This document shows, in pieces, positions 45,586 to 53,948 of a stretch of DNA of 64,000 nucleotides (position 1 is the stretch's first letter; every line of letters begins with the position of its first letter). The notes beneath the pieces were generated by a model, which worked only from the letters and a program-made list of their open reading frames with translations, was not told where the DNA came from and searched no databases. The stretch comes from Candidatus Uhrbacteria bacterium CG_4_9_14_3_um_filter_41_35 (GTDB taxonomy: Bacteria; Patescibacteriota; Patescibacteriia; UBA9934), in the NCBI GenBank assembly GCA_002791275.1, contig PFWT01000009.1, forward strand, positions 211,357-275,356. The letters are read 5' to 3'. Position numbers and translations under genes: made by a program.

Positions 45586-46350
45586 CTACCTCTGAAACAA
45601 AACCGTGAAATAGCTCGTTGTAGAGTGAATATCTTCATTTAAGATAATTGCCGAGTTTGAATGATCCAGTTGAATTTGATCATTAGCTCCAAGAATATCC
45701 ATTACCGACAGAAGTGTAATTATTGAAGGTGGTGAATCTAAATAATCACTATTCATTTCTGAAAGTTGGCCATAGTCTTTTTTGAGCATGGCGTCGTACG
45801 TTATCTCATCATTAATATTCGCCTGTTCAAGATTCAAATAATGCGAAAAATCAACGGATGCGATAATCAGAGTATTTTCCCTGGCAAGGACCTGCGCAAG
45901 CTGTGCAGATTCTGAAATACCGTGCCTTGAACTGAGAATAATTGAGACAACCTCCGCCTTCGGAAAATATTCCTGCACATAAGGCAGTAATACTCTAACT
46001 GAATACTCCTCAAACATCACAGAATCGTCCACAGACATATATCCTTCTCTAACAAGCTGTTTTCCAAGGCTGGTACTGAGCGTATCACTATTTATGATCG
46101 CATCAGTATTGCCAAGTTCATAGTGATTCGGGCCGATTAAGATAATCGTTGCAGGATCTGCATTCTGCCTCATTTTCTGAAATGCCTCTTCGATCAAACC
46201 TTCTGCAAGATCGTGGTGAGGCACAATAGCACCCACCACGATTTTACTTTCGGCTCTACTTTCACTATTCAGATTTTGTTTTGTTTTCTCTATCCTGACT
46301 ACCACCATAAGTAGCAAAACAGCTAAAACAAAGACAATTAATTTCTTCAC
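45586..46350 (-). CDS. Memo-family protein (AmmeMemoRadiSam system protein B-like)
   Basis: Signal/TM N-terminus and the motifs GAIVPHHDLA, IILIGPNHY and ASVDFSHY, which resemble the conserved metal-binding motifs of the Memo-family fold. Confidence 0.65.
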   Translation of the reverse strand: MKKLIVFVLAVLLLMVVVRIEKTKQNLNSESRAESKIVVGAIVPHHDLAEGLIEEAFQKMRQNADPATIILIGPNHYELGNTDAIINSDTLSTSLGKQLVREGYMSVDDSVMFEEYSVRVLLPYVQEYFPKAEVVSIILSSRHGISESAQLAQVLARENTLIIASVDFSHYLNLEQANINDEITYDAMLKKDYGQLSEMNSDYLDSPPSIITLLSVMDILGANDQIQLDHSNSAIILNEDIHSTTSYFTVLFQR

Positions 46351-46351
46351 A

Positions 46352-49300
46352 CTATTTTACAGTTATCTCTAGCGCGTCAGAAAAGCTCTGAATGCTAGGA
46401 ACTTTCATTGAATTAATCATGATCGGTTCAACTGTATAAGTTCCCGGATTTGTAACTCTAACGTAATACTTGAAGTAATCACGGCTAGCGTTGTAGCTAC
46501 TAGAATCTGCAGTGAACTTAATTCTTTGACCATCAATTTGGTAAGGATATCGAATTGCTCCCTTTGTTGTATTATCACTATATCTATATGGTCTTGAGAT
46601 AATGCTCATACCGCTTGGAAGAACGTCGGTGATCTGATATTCACCTTCAACGGCATTTTCGATGAATTTAGGGTAAACTCGTACCTCAACAATTCCCCCT
46701 TCTTTAAAGGCATTTGTCTCTACCCCGTCCACGAAATACTTCCTATCTACATCCACATGACTATCATCTATTGAAACATCTTTTAGCGGGACTTCATAGT
46801 GACTTGTTACACCAAGATTTCCTTTAATGTCTAGTAACCGTATTGTGCGTCGCTGTTCCGGAGAAACGCTAATCGTGTGGGTTGAGCCTTTTTCAAGCTC
46901 TACGGTTTCTGTTTTACCATTTACCTCAACCTTAAAGCTCACTGCTCCAGGAACTAGAGTTGGTAGAGTTTTTCCAATAAAGATCGCTCTTTCTAGACTA
47001 ACAAGTCGCTCGTTTGATCTTGCAGTTGCAACATAATTCCATAAAGAATCTTTATGCTCAGCCTGTAATCCAGCTGCCAGCATTGAAGCTAGTGCCGAAG
47101 CTTCAAGAGTCTTATCTTTGTCATCCTCAACGTTAATTCGGATATAGTCTTCATAAGCCTCGCCATTTTCTGCCATGACTTCAGCATATAATGTTCTTGC
47201 ATTTTCTTTATCACCAATTTCCTCTAGCGCAAGCGCAATATAAAGTTTTTCTGTAACTGAAAGATCTTTGATTGCAGCCATATTTTGGATCTTCACAAGC
47301 ACTGGCTCGTTAAGTCCTGCTAATCCCCAAAGTGCCGTAGCAATTTCATCCGTATTCGATTTTTTATTTGCTACAACGTTATAGAAATAGCTCGCAAGCG
47401 CTTCTTTATCAACGTATTTTGCCCCAGCTACTGCTACTTTGGCGCTTAGCACAAGTTCACTGTCAGAATATGGTAGAAGTGAAATACCGCCGCCCTGTTG
47501 ATACAGTGACATATCTACTACATCACCAGTTTTAGGTTCTGCGAAATATGAATCAAGAAGATCCTGCCCGATTTGTCTGCTTAATTTTTGATCAACTCTA
47601 TCTCCATATCCCCATTTTAGTGAACGTAAACTGTTGTACAAACGTCCCTGATTTTCGTCAGAAAAGACAACTGTTGTGCGACCATCTTCCGCTCCGTCTA
47701 CAATCAGATCCTCACTACCAACAGCGAACTTTTGAATAGTTTCCATTAATCTTGATTCTACAACTGAAACTCTGAGTCGTAATGCGTCATTATAATCATA
47801 AGTTGAAGCTCCAAATGTAATACTATGCTCACCAAGTTTATCCGTAAGACTTGGTAGATCAAAGTATGTTGATTTGAAAGCTTTTCCATCCTTCGTCTCT
47901 TCAAGACCCAATGAATCTGACAACACGTTAAACGAGACAGTATCACCAGTTAAAAGTGCCTTACCAAAAGCTCTTACAGCAAAACTTGGCTTATCTGTGG
48001 TTAGATATTCGTCTGCAATAACCACATTAGCAAATATTGGTTTGGTAACTGGTAATTTAGTTACATCAAAACCTGCTTTGATGTCGCTTGAAATTGCCTG
48101 AGTTGTAATTCGCCAGGATGTAATATTGTCTGGCAAAGTGAAAGTAATTTCACCATTTCCGTTTTGATCTGTTTCCAAAGTTTTGAAGACAGCTGCATCC
48201 AAGAATGTTTCGCGAACACTTCCATCACCACCCTTGTCGTTATGAACATAAATATCGTTTGCAAGATAAGTGTGATATGTCTCCACATGGAAGTTGTATA
48301 CGTAAACCGGTTCATGTTTCCATTCGATTGAATCAATTCTCACCGGAAATCCTTCAGAGTTGATTAAAATATCTCCAACTTCAGCGTTTCCAATCACTTG
48401 CCAACCGCCGTTCATATAAACTTTGTGAACCGGAGTTACTTTAAGTGATCCGTTGATAATCATATATTCAGAAACATAGTGCTCAAAAGTTTCAAGAACT
48501 CGGCCTGGAACTAGTGTATTTGATTTTTCACTAAGTCTTGTGAGAATCATATCGCCAGCCTCTATATTCTCAATATTTTTCTTTGAGCCGTCTGCCATCG
48601 TGATCTGTGTTTCTCCTAAGAAGCAACCACCACCCTCGGCTCCACCCGGAATCGTTAATAATCCAGAATACTTATGAGAGAATGAATCGATTATTTCACC
48701 TCCTGGAACTGAAGCGTAAAGATTATCTAAGGTATTAACAGATTCGTTTGAAACCGCGTAATAAGCTTCGTCGACTACATTTACGTTTACGTTAGCTTTT
48801 TTCCCCGCGCCATTTTTATCTACAACTTTTACATTCAGTTTAACCTCTTCGCCCGGTAAATATTCTATTTTTTCAGTTTTTACCTGAATATTTAGTTCGC
48901 TATCCGCAGTATCTAGTTTCGCACCGCTGTAATTGAATTGGTTGCCTGCAATTTTGTATGTTTGTCCATCAAAATATACAGCCTTTAGCACAACGTTAGG
49001 TGCGTGTTTTTGTTCGAAGGTAAACGAATAATCTGCCGAAGAATCAACTTCGTAGGCCCGCAAACCTCTTTGAAGCTGATAGTATAAGAATTTATTTTCA
49101 CCATCTTGAACTCGTTCCTCATTATTTTGTAGCTCAAACTTTGCAAGATCGCCTAGTTTATAGGTCATATCTTTATCAAAGTTTTTTAAGAAGTAATAAT
49201 CACTACTGTATGCAGATCGATATTCAATTGGTGCGTATGCATAAGATGTAGCTTTGTTCATTCTGCCCTCGGCATCGACTACACTGATATTTACTTTGTA

Positions 49301-51943
49301 ACTTTTATCCTGTGTAATTGGGAAATTGTAGTGGTATTCACCGTTACTATCCGAGGTACCACTGAAATTTCCGATCTTATTTTCAATTTTATTATATCTA
49401 TAGGTTTTTCTAACAATTTTATTGATAAAATCGTAATATTCACCAGTTTCAACCCTATTGTATGTGATTTCGATAATGTCTCCTTCAATCCGCAAATCAG
49501 AAACAAGTTCGCCTTCACCACCTGCAAGATCAACGGACCTAACTGTCGCGTTAACTAAAGCAGTTCCGTTATTCCTGATTACCTCCTGATCAATGACGGC
49601 GTTTGCATTGTAAACATTTACGCGTGAGTATTCATTAATTTCTGCAACTTCTGAATTAACTGGACTAACAGATAGAGTCACACTGTTAACCAGGGGACAG
49701 TATGAGCTAGTTAAATTACAGGTTGAGATAACAGGAGTGTATGAAACACTCATCTTTCCGAACTCATCTGTTTTCAGTACCTTATCTACTGCTGATTTTG
49801 AAGTTCCAGAAACACGAACTTTAAATTCTGTATCTGGTAGTGGTGTTCCCTCAAAAAAGTTTGCAGAAATATCAAACTTTACATCTTCGCCAGCAAACAT
49901 AGCAGCCTTCGCTGGTTGAATATCGATACTATAAGCGGGTTTCGTGTAAGTTTGAACGTTGATATAACTACTCTGGATCAAATTGTCACCAACGAAAAAT
50001 TGAAGGTCGTAGTAGCCAGGTGTTGTATTCTCGAGATTAATCGAACCTTCGAAAATTCCATTATTCAAGATTATTTCCTGTTCCTGCAAAACAACATAAT
50101 TGTTATAAAAATCCCTATAACCATTACTTACGAGTTTCACGTGAACTGAATCTGTAGCTTTTAAATCACGATTCTTTACAAATCCCCAATATTTTATTTG
50201 ATCGCCAGGGTGGTACAATGATCTGTCGGTATAAATATACTTCCAATAATCAGATGCAGAGGTCGATGTATTATTATAGTAATAACCATTAAAACGGTTA
50301 AGTACCATAATTAATTCATCATTTCCAGCTTTGATGCTCATGATTTTTTTAAACGCATCTTGGCTGTTAGCATCGATAAGCTTTTCAGTTGCAAAAGTTG
50401 CGATACCAGTACTATTTGTGGTTGCTGTTGTATTATTTTCAGTGAAAGTAAGCTTCGCAGAGACCGTTGGTTGATCTGATTTTACATTATTTACCCAAAC
50501 AAGTGTGTCGGTTTCAGTTACCGTTGCGTAAGCTGAAAGATCCGTAACCTGAATAAATGCTTGTTTATCAAATCGGCTCGCTGACTTATTTTCGAGGACG
50601 TAAAAACCTTTTGGTAAAGACTCTGGCAAGACGAGAAAATGAATCCCGTTATTTACTTCACTAATTGTTTGTATTTCAAGAGTTGCGGTGAATATGCTAG
50701 ACATTTTTGATGTATCTACCAAAAACGCAGATTTTTGGTAGACTGACCAGTCTGGCACTGACATTTTGTCTGAAAGATCTGAAATAAAATCAGTTGAATT
50801 GTTGTATGCGAAAATTTCAACTTCAACTTTTTTTGCTTCTTCGCCGTACGCATAAACTGGGATTGCAATAGTATCTTCAGTTGAATATTGAAGTTCATTT
50901 TCAATAAATGAGACCTTCTGGCGATCATGTTGATTGGCATTATGGGCGCTTGATAATGTTTCAAATTGAAACACGTAATCTTCACCTAGAGTATTTTGAG
51001 AACCAACAACATGTGAAGCTCCGCTAACCGTAACGGTGTACACTGTCCCTTCTGCCAATATTTGAGGTACAAAAACAACTGTTTGACCATGTGTTTCAAA
51101 CCGACCATTCACTTTTGGTGAAATTGTAATGTGATTTTCTACATCTTCAACATTTTCGTGACTAAAAGTAACTTCAATCCCAGTTGAAAGTGGCACATTA
51201 CTTGAGTTCTTTCCTGGTAGCGTGTGTTTTACTTTAAAACTGTCCTTCACTTGAAAAGCCCAAGAATAATCTCTTTCAAAAGAAGTTCCATTTTCTGCAA
51301 TAAATGATGCTGAAATTTCAATATTATAAGTAGTATTGTTTTCAAGTGTCTTAATCGGTGTAACTTTAAAGGTGTGATCGTCGATTACCTCAAAAGTAAA
51401 TTCAGCTCGTGGGCTAAGCGAAATATTTTCTTTTAGTATTTCTGAATCCAAAGCCCCTTTGCTGGTGATAATAAAGCTGGTGTCCGCCTCGACTCCGGTT
51501 GAATCACCGCTTACTGGTTCAATTTCGAAATTATCCTGCGCGTAAGCAGGATCAAGAATCAAACGAGAAAACTCGCCAAATGGGCTAGATGGATTATTCC
51601 TTACTCCTGGCCAGTATTGAAATGTTGTGGCCACAATTGCAACGATTAACAAGCTAGAAACACCAACAACAACTCGCTGGTGGTGAAAACTTGCGAAAAA
51701 CGACATTATTTGCTTATTCATACTTTTTTCTGTTGAAGATGCTCTTTCGGTTCGTCTTGCCCGCAATATGTCCTGTTCTAGCTTTTCTTTGAAGTTAGAA
51801 GATGCGAGATGCGAATCCTGAGCATGCGTTATTAATTTATCTCTTACATTCAATAACGCACAAAGCTCAGGATCATTACAATCCTGCATTTGTTCCTTTG
51901 CCTTTAGAGCTTTTTCAAGCTTTTTTGCTTTTTTATTAAACAT
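46352..51943 (-). CDS. Giant (1863 aa) anti-sigma-factor-like membrane protein with extracytoplasmic Ig/MG-domain array, Hint/BIL domain, alpha-2-macroglobulin domain and thioester-less TED-like domain
   Basis: An N-terminal roughly 110-aa cytoplasmic segment (C-x5-C) precedes a TM helix (VVVGVSSLLIVAIVATTF). Many β-rich repeats follow. The Hint domain runs GGG|CFLGETQI...VYNFHVETYHTYLANDIYVHN. The A2M signature is RETFLDAAVFKTLETDQNGNGEITFTLPDNITSWRITTQAISS (cf. FPETWLW...FTLPDSITTWR). The TED-like region (LYQQGGGISL, LWGLAGL) has GYGD where the thioester CGEQ is expected. The start overlaps the ECF sigma gene stop by 8 nt. Confidence 0.7.
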   Translation of the reverse strand: MFNKKAKKLEKALKAKEQMQDCNDPELCALLNVRDKLITHAQDSHLASSNFKEKLEQDILRARRTERASSTEKSMNKQIMSFFASFHHQRVVVGVSSLLIVAIVATTFQYWPGVRNNPSSPFGEFSRLILDPAYAQDNFEIEPVSGDSTGVEADTSFIITSKGALDSEILKENISLSPRAEFTFEVIDDHTFKVTPIKTLENNTTYNIEISASFIAENGTSFERDYSWAFQVKDSFKVKHTLPGKNSSNVPLSTGIEVTFSHENVEDVENHITISPKVNGRFETHGQTVVFVPQILAEGTVYTVTVSGASHVVGSQNTLGEDYVFQFETLSSAHNANQHDRQKVSFIENELQYSTEDTIAIPVYAYGEEAKKVEVEIFAYNNSTDFISDLSDKMSVPDWSVYQKSAFLVDTSKMSSIFTATLEIQTISEVNNGIHFLVLPESLPKGFYVLENKSASRFDKQAFIQVTDLSAYATVTETDTLVWVNNVKSDQPTVSAKLTFTENNTTATTNSTGIATFATEKLIDANSQDAFKKIMSIKAGNDELIMVLNRFNGYYYNNTSTSASDYWKYIYTDRSLYHPGDQIKYWGFVKNRDLKATDSVHVKLVSNGYRDFYNNYVVLQEQEIILNNGIFEGSINLENTTPGYYDLQFFVGDNLIQSSYINVQTYTKPAYSIDIQPAKAAMFAGEDVKFDISANFFEGTPLPDTEFKVRVSGTSKSAVDKVLKTDEFGKMSVSYTPVISTCNLTSSYCPLVNSVTLSVSPVNSEVAEINEYSRVNVYNANAVIDQEVIRNNGTALVNATVRSVDLAGGEGELVSDLRIEGDIIEITYNRVETGEYYDFINKIVRKTYRYNKIENKIGNFSGTSDSNGEYHYNFPITQDKSYKVNISVVDAEGRMNKATSYAYAPIEYRSAYSSDYYFLKNFDKDMTYKLGDLAKFELQNNEERVQDGENKFLYYQLQRGLRAYEVDSSADYSFTFEQKHAPNVVLKAVYFDGQTYKIAGNQFNYSGAKLDTADSELNIQVKTEKIEYLPGEEVKLNVKVVDKNGAGKKANVNVNVVDEAYYAVSNESVNTLDNLYASVPGGEIIDSFSHKYSGLLTIPGGAEGGGCFLGETQITMADGSKKNIENIEAGDMILTRLSEKSNTLVPGRVLETFEHYVSEYMIINGSLKVTPVHKVYMNGGWQVIGNAEVGDILINSEGFPVRIDSIEWKHEPVYVYNFHVETYHTYLANDIYVHNDKGGDGSVRETFLDAAVFKTLETDQNGNGEITFTLPDNITSWRITTQAISSDIKAGFDVTKLPVTKPIFANVVIADEYLTTDKPSFAVRAFGKALLTGDTVSFNVLSDSLGLEETKDGKAFKSTYFDLPSLTDKLGEHSITFGASTYDYNDALRLRVSVVESRLMETIQKFAVGSEDLIVDGAEDGRTTVVFSDENQGRLYNSLRSLKWGYGDRVDQKLSRQIGQDLLDSYFAEPKTGDVVDMSLYQQGGGISLLPYSDSELVLSAKVAVAGAKYVDKEALASYFYNVVANKKSNTDEIATALWGLAGLNEPVLVKIQNMAAIKDLSVTEKLYIALALEEIGDKENARTLYAEVMAENGEAYEDYIRINVEDDKDKTLEASALASMLAAGLQAEHKDSLWNYVATARSNERLVSLERAIFIGKTLPTLVPGAVSFKVEVNGKTETVELEKGSTHTISVSPEQRRTIRLLDIKGNLGVTSHYEVPLKDVSIDDSHVDVDRKYFVDGVETNAFKEGGIVEVRVYPKFIENAVEGEYQITDVLPSGMSIISRPYRYSDNTTKGAIRYPYQIDGQRIKFTADSSSYNASRDYFKYYVRVTNPGTYTVEPIMINSMKVPSIQSFSDALEITVK
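48240..48625 (-). other. Hint (Hedgehog/intein-like) / bacterial intein-like (BIL) domain embedded in the giant protein
   Basis: An N-terminal Cys follows GGG (CFLGET). C-terminal block HTYLANDIYVHN is followed by Asp rather than Cys, Ser or Thr. This pattern favours a BIL-type domain over a canonical intein. Confidence 0.6.
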
Positions 51944-52505
51944 ATTTGCTATATTCTTCCTTAAATCTTGTTAGTGCTCTGTGAACCTTCACACCAGCGT
52001 TATTTCCTGAAATTTGCAGAACGTTAGCGATTTCATCATTACTGAGCTCGCCAAAAAACTTTAATTGTATAATTTCTTGCTCTTTTTCCTTCAATCTACT
52101 CAATACTTCCCGGATTTTCACGTTTTCTATCGATCTATCTGTAAGCAGTTCCGGCGCAAGTTCACCTGACTCAAGATGATGTATTTCCTCAATATCAACC
52201 TCTATTCGCCGACCTTTTTTCCGATAATGATCAATAATCGTGTTCGTAGCGATACGATACAACCAAGCTTTAAACGAACCAGTGCCTTTTTTGTAGGTAT
52301 CAAGCTTTGTAAAAGCTTTCATGAACGTTTGTGAAACTAAATCTTCTGTTGTTTGGCAGTGCCCGACCCTCTTTGCTGTATAGCCGTAAATTTTTTTAAA
52401 ATAAAATTCATACAAAACACCAAAAGCTTCGTCGTTTACCCTTGCTCTTTCAACAAGTTCTTCTTCGTTTTCAAGCACACTTTGATTTATATTTTTCTCC
52501 TCCAT
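51936..52505 (-). CDS. ECF-type RNA polymerase sigma factor (sigma-70 family, group 4)
   Basis: Region 2 (VLYEFYFKKIYGYTAKRV...EDLVSQTFMKAF) and region 4 HTH (EIANVLQISGNNAGVKVHRALTRFKE). 189 aa. Confidence 0.8.
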   Translation of the reverse strand: MEEKNINQSVLENEEELVERARVNDEAFGVLYEFYFKKIYGYTAKRVGHCQTTEDLVSQTFMKAFTKLDTYKKGTGSFKAWLYRIATNTIIDHYRKKGRRIEVDIEEIHHLESGELAPELLTDRSIENVKIREVLSRLKEKEQEIIQLKFFGELSNDEIANVLQISGNNAGVKVHRALTRFKEEYSKYV

Positions 52506-52667
52506 AATCTTAAACGTATAAAAAGCTTTTTGATTACAATAGTATACCAGAATATTATGGAAGTAAGTTTATAACCATATTAAAATTAATGATTTAGAAA
52601 AGGCCACGTCCCGTGCCTAATTTTTGCGTAAATAAAAAATCACAGGCTTCAACCTGTGATTTTTAAA

Positions 52668-53144
52668 TTATTTTGTTTCGTCTATCTGGACTGTGTTTTC
52701 GTCGATTGGTGGGATTACTATTTCCTGTTGTTTTGCTTGCTCAATCTGCGCCATTATTTCACTGTAAAGTGCTGACTGCATAACTAGAAGCTCACCATCT
52801 TTTGTAATTTTCAGCTCCTGATCTACCGAACCATCCGCTCCGTCTAGAACAAACTTTATGTCATAAAGACCATTCACTTCTTCAATACTTGTAAGAGTAT
52901 ACTTCTCAGCTCCAGCGGTACTGGCATCTACCAAACTAGCGATTCTTGTTGAAACTTCGTCCTGGCTTAGTACTTTCACATCTGAGCTTGGCATTTTAGC
53001 CTGAACTAGGAGAACCACAGCTACAACCGCGATTAAACTGCTAACTGCTGAGATGTTTTTCCAAAAATTTTGATTATTCTCCTTAACTGCCCGTGTTTCC
53101 ATCTTTACTTCTTCAACGTTCTCTGTTTTTACTTCATCTGTCAT
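52668..53144 (-). CDS. Hypothetical membrane-anchored protein (acidic N-terminus, single TM, extracytoplasmic domain)
   Basis: TM helix ISAVSSLIAVVAVVLLV. No recognisable family. Confidence 0.4.
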   Translation of the reverse strand: MTDEVKTENVEEVKMETRAVKENNQNFWKNISAVSSLIAVVAVVLLVQAKMPSSDVKVLSQDEVSTRIASLVDASTAGAEKYTLTSIEEVNGLYDIKFVLDGADGSVDQELKITKDGELLVMQSALYSEIMAQIEQAKQQEIVIPPIDENTVQIDETK

Positions 53145-53379
53145 ATATTTATATTAGCTTATTAAAATCCTCTTAAAATCAATTTCTTAACATCCTCTAC
53201 CCAATCTTTCATAAAGCCACCATAATCCGAACCTTCTAGCATGTTATGACCACTACATTAATCCCCGCCATTTGTGTTTCATATACCCCTACCCTGTGCA
53301 TCTCTGCTTCCATACTGTTTATTGGGCTATTAATTAACGCCTGTATTATATAAAAAGCGATTTTATGCGTCAATCTTTC

Positions 53380-53408
53380 TTGACGAATACACAAAAATAT
53401 GGTAAATA
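53380..53408 (+). promoter_or_regulatory. Sigma-70-type promoter for the marR-MFP-RND operon (TTGACG -17- TGgTAAATA extended -10)
   Basis: -35 TTGACG at 53380-53385, a 17-nt spacer, TG at 53400-53401 and a -10 TAAATA at 53403-53408. This lies about 30 nt upstream of the MarR start. Confidence 0.4.
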
Positions 53409-53439
53409 AAGGCCTCAATAGTTAGGGTTACTAATAGTT

Positions 53440-53913
53440 ATGGATCAAGCAGAACTCCAAAATATAGCAAAACAAATATTTTCTACTATGCCAACTATGT
53501 TTCACGCTGTTATGCGAATGGCGCGTGAGGAAAATTTTGGTTTAGCGCCGAATCAGTTAAAAATCCTGAAGTTTCTGCAAGTTAATTCCGCTAAGCCTAA
53601 TATGATTGCAAAAATGCTTCAGGTGAGCGCCCCGACGGTTTCTGGGGCAATTGAAACCTTAGTTCAAAAGGGTTTAGTTCATAGAGTACCATCTACAACT
53701 GACCGGCGGGTTATTAATTTACACTTAACGCAGGCAGGTGGTGATCTCCTTGAGTCAGCCGAAAATAAAATGATGATCGCCGTTTCAAAAAAACTTGGAG
53801 TGCTTTCTGACGAAAAATTAGTTGAGATCGCTGAGTCTATTCGACTTCTTGAGAAGGTTTTCAGAAAACCTGGTAGCTCAGGATCCGAACTTGAAAACGA
53901 GTGCATAAACTAA
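53440..53913 (+). CDS. MarR-family transcriptional regulator
   Basis: Winged HTH (LAPNQLKILKFLQVNSAKPNMIAKMLQVSAPTVSGAIETLVQKGLVHRVPSTTDRRV). Confidence 0.8.
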   Translation: MDQAELQNIAKQIFSTMPTMFHAVMRMAREENFGLAPNQLKILKFLQVNSAKPNMIAKMLQVSAPTVSGAIETLVQKGLVHRVPSTTDRRVINLHLTQAGGDLLESAENKMMIAVSKKLGVLSDEKLVEIAESIRLLEKVFRKPGSSGSELENECIN

Positions 53914-53948
53914 ACTCACACCAAAATCAATATTCTAGATCAATTAAT

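Noticed and set aside
48240-48625. Canonical self-splicing intein.
   Set aside because: The residue following the terminal HN is Asp rather than Cys, Ser or Thr, and no homing-endonuclease insert is present. A bacterial intein-like (BIL)/Hint domain is more consistent.
46827-50985. Several 60-90-aa ORFs on either strand inside the 1863-aa gene.
   Set aside because: They are embedded in a single long frame with coherent domain signatures (A2M, Hint) and show no independent signals.
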